From contig CAVPSJ010000013.1 in NCBI GenBank assembly GCA_963708295.1, positions 96,001-160,000 of the forward strand: a stretch of 64,000 nucleotides of DNA. The letters are read 5' to 3'. This DNA comes from an uncultured delta proteobacterium. Its GTDB lineage: Bacteria; Desulfobacterota; BSN033; UBA1163. The notes below the pieces were generated by a model that was not told the origin of the DNA, made no database searches, and was given only the letters and a program-made list of their open reading frames with translations. Shown here one piece after another: positions 21,497 through 32,500 of the stretch (its first letter is position 1; each line of letters starts with the position of its first letter). Made by a program: the position numbers and the translations under genes.

Positions 21497-22626
21497 AGGT
21501 CTCTCGTACCTGGGCCATTGCGAAAAAAGAGTTTGTTCATATCTACCGGGATCCGAGAAGCCTGGCGCTGGTGATTCTGATGCCAGCCCTCTTGATGCTC
21601 CTCTTTGGATACGCCGTCACCCTCGACGTTAAGAAAGTCTCAATGGCCGTCCTCGACCGCGACCGGAGCCAAGAGAGTCTCAATTTCATCCAGCGGTTCA
21701 GCGCCTCACCCTATTTCCGTCTCCGCCTTTGGGTTCAGGATGAAAAGACGATGCTGCGACTCATCGACCAGGGAGAGGTGAAGATGGGGTTGATCCTTCC
21801 CTGGGATTTTTCAAAAACGATCAAGGCAGAGAAGATGGCTTCTGTCCAGGCTTTGATCGATGGCGCCGATGCCAACACAGCCAGTCTTATTCTCAGTTAT
21901 GCCCAGGCGATCGCCCGACAATACACGCAGGAGAAGACCATTCTCAAGGTCACACGGCTGGGGATGCAGAATCTGAGTTTCCCCGTCGATGCGCGGCCGA
22001 GGGTCTGGTTCAACGAAGATCTGGAATCGAAGAACTATTTCGTCCCGGGACTGGTTGCAGTGATCATATCGATCATCGGCGTCCTCCTGACCGGGCAGGT
22101 CATTGTTCGTGAATGGGAGAAGGGGACGATGGAACTCCTCATCTCGACTCCCGTCCGAAAAGGTGAGTTGATGGTGGGGAAGTTATTCCCTTATTTTTTC
22201 ATCGGCCTCCTGGATCTGTCGCTTTCCGTTCTGATGGGCAAATGGGTTTTTCAGGTGCCGTTAAGAGGAAGTGTTGTACTGCTTTTTGCCCTGTCCTGTA
22301 TCTATATCCTCGTGGCCTTGGCCCTCGGACTGACCATCTCCACCTTCGCCAGGACACAGCTCCTGGCCAATCAAATGGCGATGGTCATCGGATTTCTGCC
22401 CACATTCCTTCTCTCCGGGTTTACCTTCGTGATCTCCAACATGCCCCCATGGCTTCAGATCATTACTTACGGGATTGCGCCTCGGTATTATGTGACGATC
22501 GTGAAGGAGATCTTCCTAAAAGGGGCGGGTTTCTCTTCTCTCTGGCGTGAAACCCTGGTGTTGATGGGGATGGCGCTGGCGGGGCTCTGGGTGGCCACCC
22601 GGAGTTTTAAGAAGGAGTTAAGGTAA
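21493..22626 (+). CDS. ABC-2 type transporter permease (YbhS-like)
   Basis: KEF.HI.RD.RSL and VREWEKGTME.L.STP motifs; TM segments. Confidence 0.92.
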   Translation: MKVSRTWAIAKKEFVHIYRDPRSLALVILMPALLMLLFGYAVTLDVKKVSMAVLDRDRSQESLNFIQRFSASPYFRLRLWVQDEKTMLRLIDQGEVKMGLILPWDFSKTIKAEKMASVQALIDGADANTASLILSYAQAIARQYTQEKTILKVTRLGMQNLSFPVDARPRVWFNEDLESKNYFVPGLVAVIISIIGVLLTGQVIVREWEKGTMELLISTPVRKGELMVGKLFPYFFIGLLDLSLSVLMGKWVFQVPLRGSVVLLFALSCIYILVALALGLTISTFARTQLLANQMAMVIGFLPTFLLSGFTFVISNMPPWLQIITYGIAPRYYVTIVKEIFLKGAGFSSLWRETLVLMGMALAGLWVATRSFKKELR

Positions 22627-22642
22627 GAAGAGAGAAAAGGCA

Positions 22643-23785
22643 ATGATCTTTCCTATGTTCAACAAGATTCGATATCTCTTTGTCAAGGAATTGATCCAAA
22701 CCCTGAGGGATAAGCGGATGCGGATGACCTTGATCGTCCCGCCCATCCTCCAATTGATTATCTTCGGGTATGCCGCCAACCTGGATGTGAAACATATCCG
22801 TACGGCCATTCGGGATCTGGATCAGAGTGTGGAGTCAAGGGATCTTATCGGAAGATTCGGAAGTTCAAAATATTTTGACATGGTGTCTTTCCCCAATACC
22901 CCGAAGGAGGTCAGAGACCTCGTCAACCGGGGGGAGGTTGCGATCAGCATCGAGATTCCAACCGATTTTTCGAGAAAGCTGAAAAAGGGGGATACGGCCA
23001 CGGTTCAGATCGTCCTCGACGGAACCGAATCCAATACGGCGTTGATCGCCCTGGGCTATGCGAACCAGATCCTTTCCGAATTCTCGACGCAAGTTCTCGT
23101 AAAAAAGTTGAATCGAGCCGGCATGATCGGGTTTGAGGAAGCGGGGGTCGAGCTGCAACACCGGATTTGGTTCAACCCTAATCTGGAGAGCAGACTCTAT
23201 TACATCCCGGGCGTGATCGCCTCCATCGCCTTTCTTATCCCAATCATTTTGACCGCTCAAGCCATTGTCAGGGAGAGGGAGATCGGGACGCTTGAACAAA
23301 TCATGGTGACTCCGATCCGTTCCTGGGAATTGATCATAGGGAAAACCCTTCCGTTTGCCTTGCTGGGGCTTTTTGATGTCATCATGATTGCACTGATTGG
23401 CGTCTACTGGTTTGAAGTCCCCCTTCAGGGGAATCCCCTCGTTCTTCTGTTAGGGGCCGTGCTTTTTCTGATGAGTTCAGTGGCGATCGGGCTCTTTATT
23501 TCCACCATCTGCGCCACTCAACAACAGGCCCAGATTTCAACTTTCTTTTTTGGGATGCCAGCCTTTATTCTATCCGGTTTTGCCTTTCCGATAGAGAATA
23601 TGCCGGAGTGGATCCAATACTTGACTTATGCCAACCCGCTCCGTTACTTCCTGGTCATCATCCGAGGTGTCTTTTTGAAGGCGATTGGTTTGGATATTCT
23701 TTGGCCCCAGATGTTAGCACTGGGTATCTTAGGCGCCTTCATGATTCTTCTCAGTTCGTTGAGATTCCAGAAGAGACTGAAATAG
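22643..23785 (+). CDS. ABC-2 type transporter permease (YbhR-like)
   Basis: KELIQTLRD, VREREIGTLEQIMVTP and LSGFAFPIENMP motifs. Confidence 0.92.
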   Translation: MIFPMFNKIRYLFVKELIQTLRDKRMRMTLIVPPILQLIIFGYAANLDVKHIRTAIRDLDQSVESRDLIGRFGSSKYFDMVSFPNTPKEVRDLVNRGEVAISIEIPTDFSRKLKKGDTATVQIVLDGTESNTALIALGYANQILSEFSTQVLVKKLNRAGMIGFEEAGVELQHRIWFNPNLESRLYYIPGVIASIAFLIPIILTAQAIVREREIGTLEQIMVTPIRSWELIIGKTLPFALLGLFDVIMIALIGVYWFEVPLQGNPLVLLLGAVLFLMSSVAIGLFISTICATQQQAQISTFFFGMPAFILSGFAFPIENMPEWIQYLTYANPLRYFLVIIRGVFLKAIGLDILWPQMLALGILGAFMILLSSLRFQKRLK

Positions 23786-23840
23786 GAACCATAAATTTAT
23801 ACGCTATGCTCTATGCGCTTGGCGCTATACGGCTTAAAAG

Positions 23841-24569
23841 ATGGCTTACTGGGAAAAAGAAATTCGGAGTTTGATGGGGAAGGCGATTCACCGTTACGGT
23901 TTGATCCAGGAGGGGGACCGCATTTTGGTCGGGGTCTCCGGAGGGAAAGATAGCTTAACCCTTATGACACTTCTGTCTGAGCGTGCCAAACGGGTTCCGA
24001 TTCGCTATGAGCTGCTAGCGGTCCATGTCGATCTTGGATTCGAGTCGGGCGGGGCGGACATGCTCAAAGAGTTCTTTGAAGCGAAGAGGATAGCCTATCA
24101 CATTGAGCCCACCCGGATTGCAGAACTGGCCAATGGTCCTGAAAACCGGGAAAATCCGTGTTTTCTCTGCTCGTGGGAGAGAAGAAAGAGGATCTTTTCT
24201 CTGGCGCAACGGTTCGGATGCAACAAGGTGGCCTTTGGGCATCACAAAGACGATATCATTGAGACTCTCCTTCTCAATATCTTCTACAGCGCGGAAATCA
24301 GCACAATGCTGCCCGTTCAATCCCTGTTCAATGGAAAGATCACCCTCATACGACCCTTGGCCTTGTTGGAAGAAAGGAAAATCGAGCGGTTTGCGAAGGA
24401 GATGGGACTTCCTTACTTTCCGTGTGGATGTCCCGCCTCTCGAAGATCAAAGAGAAGAAAGGTAAAGGAATTGATCGGTGCCCTGGAGAAGGAGAATCCC
24501 CGGGTCAAGGGAAACATTTTCCGATCCCTTTCCAATATTAAGCTGGATTATTTGTTGGGGAAAAAATGA
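23841..24569 (+). CDS. ttcA: tRNA 2-thiocytidine biosynthesis protein TtcA family
   Basis: PP-loop SGGKDS, CFLC, GHHKDD..ET and IRPL motifs. Confidence 0.85.
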   Translation: MAYWEKEIRSLMGKAIHRYGLIQEGDRILVGVSGGKDSLTLMTLLSERAKRVPIRYELLAVHVDLGFESGGADMLKEFFEAKRIAYHIEPTRIAELANGPENRENPCFLCSWERRKRIFSLAQRFGCNKVAFGHHKDDIIETLLLNIFYSAEISTMLPVQSLFNGKITLIRPLALLEERKIERFAKEMGLPYFPCGCPASRRSKRRKVKELIGALEKENPRVKGNIFRSLSNIKLDYLLGKK

Positions 24570-24676
24570 AAAGGTAGGCATCGGTTAACCCCAAAGGTTT
24601 TTGCTTGACAGTTTTCATGAGATTAAGTATTTGTTAACTGAATTAAATAGATTCTAAGTATGAAGGGAGGGTCAAC

Positions 24677-25396
24677 ATGAATCATAGGGGAGTGAAAACA
24701 GTGGCAGGGGCCTTGTTTTTCATGCTGGTATGGGGGGGAATGGCGGTCGCAAAGGAGACGACAATGGGTGTCATCGTGGTCGATGTCCAGGGAGATTTTA
24801 CAAAATTTAAGAATGGATCCTTGGCGGTAGAGGGAACCGATGAGGCCTACGTGAAGGAGGTAGGGGACCAGACGAAGAAACTGAAGGCGGCAGGTTTTCC
24901 CATCTTCGCAACTCAAGATTGGCATCCTGCCAAACACCTCTCTTTTTTCAGCAATCATCCAGGGAAAAAGGCCTTTGACGTCGTCAAACTTCACGGAAAG
25001 GATCAGGTGCTGTGGCCACCCCACTGCGTTCAAAACACTCCCGGAGCGGAGATCTTGCTGGATAAGAAACTATTCACAGCCACCGTGAAAAAGGGGATGG
25101 ACCCTCAATTTGATAGCTATTCCGGTTTCCAGGACGACGGTGGGAAGAAGACAGATATGGATAAACTCCTCAAGGGCAAGAAGATCAAGACAGTCGTCGT
25201 CTACGGCATAGCTACGGACTATTGTGTAAAGGCGACCGCACTCGATGCAGCTGCCGCAGGATACAAGGTCATTTTCATCAAGAACCTGAGCAGAGGGGTT
25301 GCACCCGATACATCCCAAAAGTCGATTGAGGAGATGAAAGCCAAGGGTGTCGTTGTCTTCGATGACCTCAATCTAGAAAAAATAAAAGCCCTCTAG
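24677..25396 (+). CDS. pncA: Nicotinamidase/pyrazinamidase with a predicted Sec signal peptide
   Basis: VDVQGDF, TQDWHP, WPPHCVQ, SYSGF and GIATDYCV motifs; N-terminal hydrophobic stretch ending AVA|K. Confidence 0.92.
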   Translation: MNHRGVKTVAGALFFMLVWGGMAVAKETTMGVIVVDVQGDFTKFKNGSLAVEGTDEAYVKEVGDQTKKLKAAGFPIFATQDWHPAKHLSFFSNHPGKKAFDVVKLHGKDQVLWPPHCVQNTPGAEILLDKKLFTATVKKGMDPQFDSYSGFQDDGGKKTDMDKLLKGKKIKTVVVYGIATDYCVKATALDAAAAGYKVIFIKNLSRGVAPDTSQKSIEEMKAKGVVVFDDLNLEKIKAL

Positions 25397-25404
25397 CAAA
25401 AGCA

Positions 25405-25953
25405 ATGATAGAGATCGCCGAAAAACTGAAGGCGTTCCGATTGGCAAATCGCATGACGCTCAAGCAGTTGGCGTCTAAGGCGGGATGTACGGACGCTTAT
25501 CTCTCCCAACTGGAAAGAGGCCGCGCCAACCCTTCCATCATGATCTTGAAGAAGATTGCTTCCGCCCTTCAAGTGAAGGTCGTTGATTTCTTCCTTGAGT
25601 CAGAGATCGATGAGAACGATGTGGTCTGTCAAGAAGGGGAGAGGGTCAATATTCGGTTCAAACAAGGGGATGCAAAGATTCAGATGCTTGTCCGGAATAT
25701 CCAAAATAAACGGATGCAACCTTTTTATACGACCATTGAGGCCGGGGGTGGCTCAAAAGGGCCTTACTCCCATATCGGGGAGGAATTTGGGATTGTTCTC
25801 CAGGGGGAACTTAAGGTCAATCTGAATGGGAAACCCTATCGAGTGAAGAAGAACGAAAGTTTTTATTTTTCGTCGCAAGAATCTCACAGCTGGTCCAACC
25901 CGGGTAAAAGAAAGACCGTCGTGATATGGGTCGTCAGTCCTCCCACCTTTTGA
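25405..25953 (+). CDS. XRE-family HTH transcriptional regulator with cupin domain
   Basis: LSQLERG.ANPS HTH and H.GEE cupin motif. Confidence 0.92.
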   Translation: MIEIAEKLKAFRLANRMTLKQLASKAGCTDAYLSQLERGRANPSIMILKKIASALQVKVVDFFLESEIDENDVVCQEGERVNIRFKQGDAKIQMLVRNIQNKRMQPFYTTIEAGGGSKGPYSHIGEEFGIVLQGELKVNLNGKPYRVKKNESFYFSSQESHSWSNPGKRKTVVIWVVSPPTF

Positions 25954-26142
25954 TGGAAGATTAAGGAACAGGGAGGTGGATCCAGCTTTTGGAGGCTTCC
26001 CGACTCTCAATGGGTAAGGGTGACGGTAGTCGCTCGGAAAAACCATAAGAAGCGGAGGAGAGTGAGATTTCTAAATTCATATTCATGGCTGCACCGTTTA
26101 CTGCTGAGCGGTGAGCGATTCAACTCAGAAAGGAGGAGTAAA

Positions 26143-27220
26143 ATGTCTAAGAGAATCACAAAAAAGGAATTCCTGGGAGTTTCGATTATTTGTGTTGTCT
26201 TGTTTCTCGTATTAGGGACAGGCTTGAGTACGCCCCAGGTGGCTTATGGACAGACCACCAATTTGAGATTTAGCACCTGGCACGTTCCCGTGGGTTATGA
26301 GGTCAAAACGGTCTGGGAGCCCATGCTTGAGCAACTGAAGAAGAAGAGCAATGGAAAGATCACATCCACGCATGTTTGCCGGAGGGGCTCTGGGCAAAGG
26401 CCCGGAACATTATGACATTGTGGCGAAAGGTCTCTCGGATATGGGTTACTTTACGGCCACCTGGACGCCCGGCCGCTTTCCTCTCACCGATGTTCTTTCT
26501 CTTGCGGCCTGGGTGGATGGCAAGGACGTTGCCACCGAAATCGGGAATGCGATGTACAAACGGGTCCTCAATCAGGAATTTCCAGGTGTGAAAATGGTGG
26601 AGTTAAACGGATGTATCCAGGCTTTTATGTGGACCAAGAAACCTGTAAAGACCCTTGAGGATGTGAAGGGACTGAAGATTAGGACGCCGGGAGGTCATCA
26701 GACCAATTACATCAAGGCCCTTGGGGCGGAGCCAATCTTCATGCCTCTTGGCGACGTCTATATGGCGATGGAGACGGGGACGATCGATGGGATCGTTACC
26801 TGTCCACCCTTGATCCTGTCTTTTAAACTTCATGAAGTGGCCAAACACGCAGTGGTGACGACCTTCGGTTGTGTTTCCGAAGGGGTCATCATGAACCAGG
26901 AGAGCTGGAAGAAGACCCCTGATGATCTCAAACCGGTGGTCGACGAGGTGTGTCACAATCCTTTCCACACCACAGGAGGATTGACCCGAGACGTCTACAA
27001 AAAGATGATGAAGGAGGTTACGGACAAGAAGGTGGAACTCTATAACCTGCCTGCCAAGGAAGCGGAACGATGGTATGATCGGTTTAGAGATGTGACAAGA
27101 AAATGGGTGGCGGACTTGGAAGGGAAAGGGCTTAAGGCCAAAGAAGTCGTCAGCATGTATAACGAGGAATGCGAGAAGAGAGGCGTAAAAGTGGTTGCCT
27201 TCCCGACAGAGTGGAAATAG
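26143..27220 (+). CDS. dctP: TRAP transporter substrate-binding protein; frameshift near 26371
   Basis: Signal peptide, GGALGK, PGRFPLT, KGLKIRTPG and GTIDG motifs; two overlapping ORFs joined by one extra base. Confidence 0.85.
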
Positions 27221-27305
27221 ACTTCATCTCCTCCAGCTCCTTTTAGCAAAGTGAGGTCGGGAGGGATGAGCAATGGTGAGGATCATAGATTGAGGAGTGA
27301 AGGCC

Positions 27306-27802
27306 ATGGGGTGGATCAAAGCCCAGAAGATAATACATCGTTTAAACTTTTCCGTTGCAGTTGTTGGGATGTCCTTTACTCATTCCGCTGATGTTGCTCA
27401 CCACAGGGGATATCATCGGCAGAAAATTTTTTAGCTAAAACCATCCCCGGGACCTTCGAGATATCCGAATATATCTTGGCAGTCTTCATCCTGCTGGGTG
27501 CCGCCTACACCCAGCAGGTGAAGGGACATGTGGGAGTTGACTTTCTTACCTCCCGGCTATCTCCCCGTGTTCAAATCTGCCTGCGAGATTATTACCACCT
27601 TGCTCAGTTTATTCATTATCGGTATTGTGGTATGGCAGGGCTGGGTAGAGGGGATCGGAGAAAGAGCTGTTTCAGACATGCTGAGAATTCCCCAATATCC
27701 ATTCCGACTCCTCGTTGCAGTCGGAGGTTTTCTTCTATGGCTGGAGCTTCTGATTGACCTCTTGATCTCAATAGGAAAACTCAAAGGGAGGGAAAGTGTG
27801 AA
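27306..27802 (+). CDS. dctQ: TRAP small permease; about 3 frameshifts
   Basis: Reconstructed fragments PG.FEISEY, LGAAYTQQVKGHVGVDF and LRIPQYPF. Confidence 0.7.
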
Positions 27803-29110
27803 TCCCGTCACCGTTGGGATATTGGGCAGTGTCCTGCTCGTTTTCCTTTTATTTCTTGGTATGCCCATCGCTTTTGTTATGATGTTTGTAGGATTTCTGG
27901 GCATTAGTTATTTGGCTTCCGCCAACGCGGCATTGCCCGTTGTGGCTAAAACGGTCTATGAGACTGCTGCCCATTACCCCTACACCATCATCCCTCTCTT
28001 TATCCTGATGGGAGGATTTGCTGGAAACGCAGGGATTACCAGGGAACTTTACCAATCTTTTGATAAATGGTTTAGGAAGACTACCGGGGGGATTGGGTAT
28101 TGCAACCATTGCTGCCTGTGCCTGTTTTGCCGCTTTAAGCGGGTCTTCGGTGGCCGCTGCAGCGGCCATGGGGACAGTTGCTATTCCGGAGATGAGACGC
28201 TTCAATTATGCGCCGAAATTGGCTGTCGGGAATGGTGGCTGCGGGCGGCACCCTCAGCTTTCTCATTCCGCCGAGTCTTGGGTTTCGTCGTCTATGGGAT
28301 GCTCACCGAACAATCGATCGGAAAACTTCTGATTTCCGGCATCTTTCCCGGCCTCCTTCTATCCTTGGCCTTCATGGCATCATCGTCGTTGAGGTAAAAA
28401 TGGATCCGAGTTTGGCCCCAGCGACTCCTGGTGAGGTGAGTCTGGAAGGAGAAGCTCCTGGCCTTTTCAGGAGTGTGGGAGACATTGCTCGTATTTTTCA
28501 TCGTCATGGGCGGAATCTACCTCGGTTTTATCAATCCGACGGAGGCCGGGGCGATCGGCGCGACCGCCCTCTTTCTCATCGCTCTTTTGAAAAGGAAATT
28601 AAGTTTTCGCAATCTTTCTGCCTCGTTACTGGAAGCGGTTCGGATTTCAGTATTAGTTCTTTTTCTTGTGGCAGGGGCAAACGTTTTCAGCTATTTTCTT
28701 GCCCTCTCGACCATCCCGATGGCAGTATCTTCCTGGATGGCAGGGCTTGCGGTCTCCCGATATGTCATCCTCTCTATCATTATCATTATTTATTTGATCC
28801 TGGGCTGTTTCCTGGATGCGATTTCCATGATGGTGTCTGACCATGCCCGTCATCTTTCCTGTCGTTAAGGCATTGGGTTTTGATCCAATCTGGTTCGGGG
28901 TCATCTGCGTGATCATGATGGAGGCAGGGCTCATTACGCCGCCGGTGGGACTCAATGTGTACACCCTTGCCGGAGTCGTCAAAGACGTCCCCATGCAAAC
29001 GATCTTCCGCGGAGCGATGCCTTTTCTGATTGCCATGGTGGTCGTTCGTTTTGATCATCACGATTTTCCCAGAAATTGCCCTTTTCCTTCCCTCCATGAT
29101 GGGAAGGTAG
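27798..29110 (+). CDS. dctM: TRAP large permease; about 7 frameshifts
   Basis: Fragments IIPLFILMG, RLPGGL, SGSSVA.AAAMG..AIPEM, GGTLSFLIPPS, NPTEAGAIG and ITPPVGLNV across alternating frames. Confidence 0.8.
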
Positions 29111-29117
29111 TTTATGA

Positions 29118-29253
29118 AAATCCGAAATCCTAAGTTCGTATTTTGAAGCAGCATCAAAATCCAGATTCACAATTTCAAAACATTTGTGGTTGGGTCATTT
29201 GTATTTTGAACATTCGAACGTGGGTTCGAATTTCATGCTTCGTAATTCGAATT
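29118..29253. repeat. Degenerate CGAAAT-type intergenic palindromic repeat
   Basis: aaatccgaaatcc... ggtcattt...ttcgaatttc.tgcttcg.aattcgaattt. Confidence 0.65.
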
Positions 29254-29299
29254 TATGACTTGAGTGGGATCAAATCATATGGATTGGAAAGGATCTGAG

Positions 29300-30815
29300 A
29301 TGGAAGTGAAGAAACTGAAGAATTACATCAATGGACAGTGGGTGGAATCGAAAACGAAGAAGTGGTTGGAAGTGCAAAAATCCGGCTAAGGACGAGGTCA
29401 TCGCTCTTATCCCGGATACGCCCAAGGAGGAAATCGACCAGACGGTCAAAGCGGCGGAAGATGCGTTCTGGCGTTGGAGAACAACTCCGCCTCCACGGCG
29501 TGCTAAACTTCTTTTCGATTTTCATGAAAAACTCGATAAACATATCGACGAAATCGCTGAGCTGATCGTGAATGAAAATGGGAAAACCTTTGCCGATGGG
29601 AAGGGCGAAATGACGCGGGCCTTGGAGTACGTGGAACACGCCTGTGCCGGGCCGGAGCTGATGAAGGGAAGTCACGCTGAGGACGTTGGAACGGGGGTGG
29701 ATACCCTGTATATCCGCGAACCCCTCGGACCTTTTGTCTTCCTTCCTCCATTTAATTTTCCCGCCATGATCGCTCTCTATTTCGTATGGGCCACTGCTGC
29801 AGGAAATACAGCCATCGTCAAATCAAGTCGTCTCTGTCCGATGACCATCACCCGGATCATCGAGATTGCAGAGGAATGTGGTTTTCCGAAAGGGGTGATC
29901 AACCTTCTGCACGGGTCTGGGAGCGGGGTGGGAGATGCCTTGATTACGCATCCTGGAACAGTGGGGGTCACTTTTGTGGGCTCTTCTAAGGTGGGAGAGC
30001 ATGTTTATAAGGAGGCGATCAATCATGACAAGAGGGCCCAGTGTCAGGGAGGTGCAAAAAACCACGTCCTGATTGCTGAGGACGCAGTGATTGATGAAGT
30101 GATGCAGAACGTCGTCGACTCCTGCTTCGGTCATGTAGGGGAGCGTTGTTTTGCCGTTTCGAACGTATTGGCGGTGGAAAGAATTTATGACAAAGTGAAA
30201 GAGAAATTCATTGAGCTGTCGAAGAGACTGGTACTGGGTTATGGCATGGATAAGGGTGTGACCTTGGGCCCCGTGGTCTCAAGGGATGCTCTGGATAAGA
30301 TTCTGAAAGAAGTGGATCGGGGGATCAAGGATGGAGCAAAACTGATTCTCGACGGAAGAAATCCAAAAGTCGAAAAGTATCCCAAGGGTTACTTTATCGG
30401 GCCAACAGTTTTGGAAGCAGAGCCCGAGATGCGGATCTTTCAGGAAGAGGTCTTTGGTCCTGTTCGGTGCCTTAAGAAAGTGAAGGACCTTGCTGAAGGT
30501 GTCGAGGTCATCAACCGGAGTCCTTACGGTCACACCGCAAATCTTTATACAGAGAACGGCGGTTGGGCCCGAGAGTTTGCCCGTCTGGTTCATGTGGGCC
30601 AGGTGGGGATCAATATTGGGACCCCTGCTCCGATCGCCTACTTTCCCGTGGGAGGGAAGAAGATATCGATGTTTGGAGACATCCGGGGGCGGGCCAATGA
30701 GGCCATTGATTTCTATACGGACAAGAAGGTCGTCATCAGCAGGTGGCATTCGTCCTTTCATGGAGTCGCCAAAAGCCTGGATGATGGGTTTGCAATGAAG
30801 TATGCCAAGAAATAG
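29300..30815 (+). CDS. CoA-acylating aldehyde dehydrogenase, methylmalonate-semialdehyde dehydrogenase-like; one frameshift in an A-run near 29378
   Basis: NYINGQWV, PFNFPAMI, FVGS, QGGAKNH (MMSDH-type, lacking the ELGG Glu), catalytic GERC and EEVFGPV. Confidence 0.88.
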
Positions 30816-30817
30816 TT

Positions 30818-30983
30818 AATTCGAAGTACAAAATCCGAAATTCGAAACAATATCAAATGACAAAAATTCAAAACTCAGAACAGTTTTATCTGCTTAGTCG
30901 AATTTCTAAGAAGTCGTTTTAGAGCGTTTGGTCATTTGAAAATTAGTGTTTGTTTCGGATTTCGATATTCGGATTTCGGATTT
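30818..30983. repeat. CGAAAT-type intergenic palindromic repeat
   Basis: aaatccgaaattcgaaacaatatcaaatgac ... gtcatttga...tgtttcggatttcgatattcggatttcggattt. Confidence 0.85.
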
Positions 30984-31010
30984 GGCGGTGCGACAACTAC
31001 AGTGGGATTG

Positions 31011-31463
31011 ATGGAGATCAAATTTACGCTCAATGGGAAAGTGATTGCGGTGGAGGTTCCCCCGCACTGGACGCTTCTGCGGCTCCTTCGGGAGAAGATC
31101 GGTCTCACCGGCACCAAAGAGGGGTGCGGGATCGGCGAGTGTGGAGCGTGCACCGTATTATTGGATGGAACTCCCGTAAATGCCTGTCTGGTCTTGGCTC
31201 CCAAGGTAGAGGGAAGAGAGGTTGAAACCATAGAAGGTCTTGGAAATCGAGAATCACTTCATCCACTACAGAAATCGTTTATCGACCATGGGGCGATCCA
31301 ATGCGGTTTCTGCACCCCCGGGGTATTGATATCGGCAAAGGCCCTGTTGGAGAAAAATCCAAGCCCTACGAGAGAGGACATCAACGAGGCGATCTCGGGC
31401 CATCTCTGCCGATGTACGGGTTACCATCAGATCATTGAAGCCATAGAAGCACTAAAAGAATAA
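31011..31463 (+). CDS. ndhS: Nicotinate dehydrogenase small [2Fe-2S] subunit (CoxS family)
   Basis: GTKEGC.IGECGAC, QCGFCTPG and LCRCTGY motifs; cluster context. Confidence 0.9.
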   Translation: MEIKFTLNGKVIAVEVPPHWTLLRLLREKIGLTGTKEGCGIGECGACTVLLDGTPVNACLVLAPKVEGREVETIEGLGNRESLHPLQKSFIDHGAIQCGFCTPGVLISAKALLEKNPSPTREDINEAISGHLCRCTGYHQIIEAIEALKE

Positions 31464-31467
31464 GTAG

Positions 31468-31628
31468 AAATGTCAAAGCTCAATATTCAAATGTCAAAGG
31501 AATGTCAAAGTTCAAAATCTTGTAAGTCAACCCTATCAGGGTTAATCGTCGTCGAGGCTGAAATCTCAAATCGCATGATTTGAACTTTGGAATTGATTTG
31601 AACTTTGAAGTTTTGTCACGTGGCATTC
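31468..31628. repeat. AATGTCA/TTTGAAC-type intergenic repeat
   Basis: aaatgtcaaag..aaatgtcaaaggaatgtcaaagttcaaa ... tttgaactttg..tttgaactttg. Confidence 0.7.
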
Positions 31629-31631
31629 TTT

Positions 31632-32498
31632 ATGGTGATTCCTCCCCTTGACTACAAAACTCCAACTACCATTCAAGAAGCGATCGAGCTTCTATCGAAG
31701 GCTGGCGGGAAGGCTAAAATTATTGCGGGAGGAACGGACCTCGTAATCGGGCTTCGGAATGGGGATCAGAAGGCGCAGTGCCTGATCGATATCACAAAGA
31801 TACCTGAGCTTCGGGGAGTTGACGAAAAAAATGGAACGGTTTTTCTCGGAGCTGCAGTCACCCACTCTGAAATTGCTTCTTCTTCCCTGGTGAAAAAATA
31901 CGGGGGAATACTATCCGATGCGGCATCCGAGATCGGTTCTCCACAGATCAGGAACCTCGGGACGATCGGAGGGAATATCGTCAATGCCTCTCCTGCGGCG
32001 GATACCCTTCCTCCGCTGATGGTCTTGAATGCCATGGGCAGGGTGGTATCCAGGGAGGGTGAAAAGGAAGTGCCGCTTTCGGAGCTTTTTAAAGGTCCCT
32101 ATGAGTCAAACTTGAAACCTTACGAACTCCTGGCTCAAATTGCATTTCAAAAGCTTTCCCCCGCCATGAGAAGCGGTTTTATCAGGTTAGCCAGAAGGGG
32201 GGCAATGGCGATTGCAAGGATGAGCGTGGCCGTTGTTCTTAAGATGGAAAGCAAGGAAAGACGTATCGAAGATATCCGCATCGCTGTCGGGTCAGTGACC
32301 CCCACCCCTCAAAGGGTGCCCGAGGCAGAGGTCTTTTTAAAAGGAGAATCGCCTGATGAAGAGGTCCTGCAAAAGGCCTCTCTCAAGATTTCCGAGGCAA
32401 TGATCCGACAAAGCGGGATTCGGCCTTCCACCTCCTATAAAAAGCCAGTGGTAGAGGCTTTGTTCCTCAGAGTGATGAGAAAGGCCCTGGAAGGGTAA
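31632..32498 (+). CDS. ndhF: Nicotinate dehydrogenase FAD subunit (CoxM family)
   Basis: IAGGTDL and IGSPQIRNLGTIGGN..NASPAAD motifs. Confidence 0.9.
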   Translation: MVIPPLDYKTPTTIQEAIELLSKAGGKAKIIAGGTDLVIGLRNGDQKAQCLIDITKIPELRGVDEKNGTVFLGAAVTHSEIASSSLVKKYGGILSDAASEIGSPQIRNLGTIGGNIVNASPAADTLPPLMVLNAMGRVVSREGEKEVPLSELFKGPYESNLKPYELLAQIAFQKLSPAMRSGFIRLARRGAMAIARMSVAVVLKMESKERRIEDIRIAVGSVTPTPQRVPEAEVFLKGESPDEEVLQKASLKISEAMIRQSGIRPSTSYKKPVVEALFLRVMRKALEG

Positions 32499-32500
32499 GC

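Noticed and set aside
27528-28397. Apparent DctQ-DctM fusion ORF
   Set aside because: It lies in the indel-rich patch. Removing one base near 27790 gives a TGA overlapping the dctM GTG, so the fusion cannot be supported.
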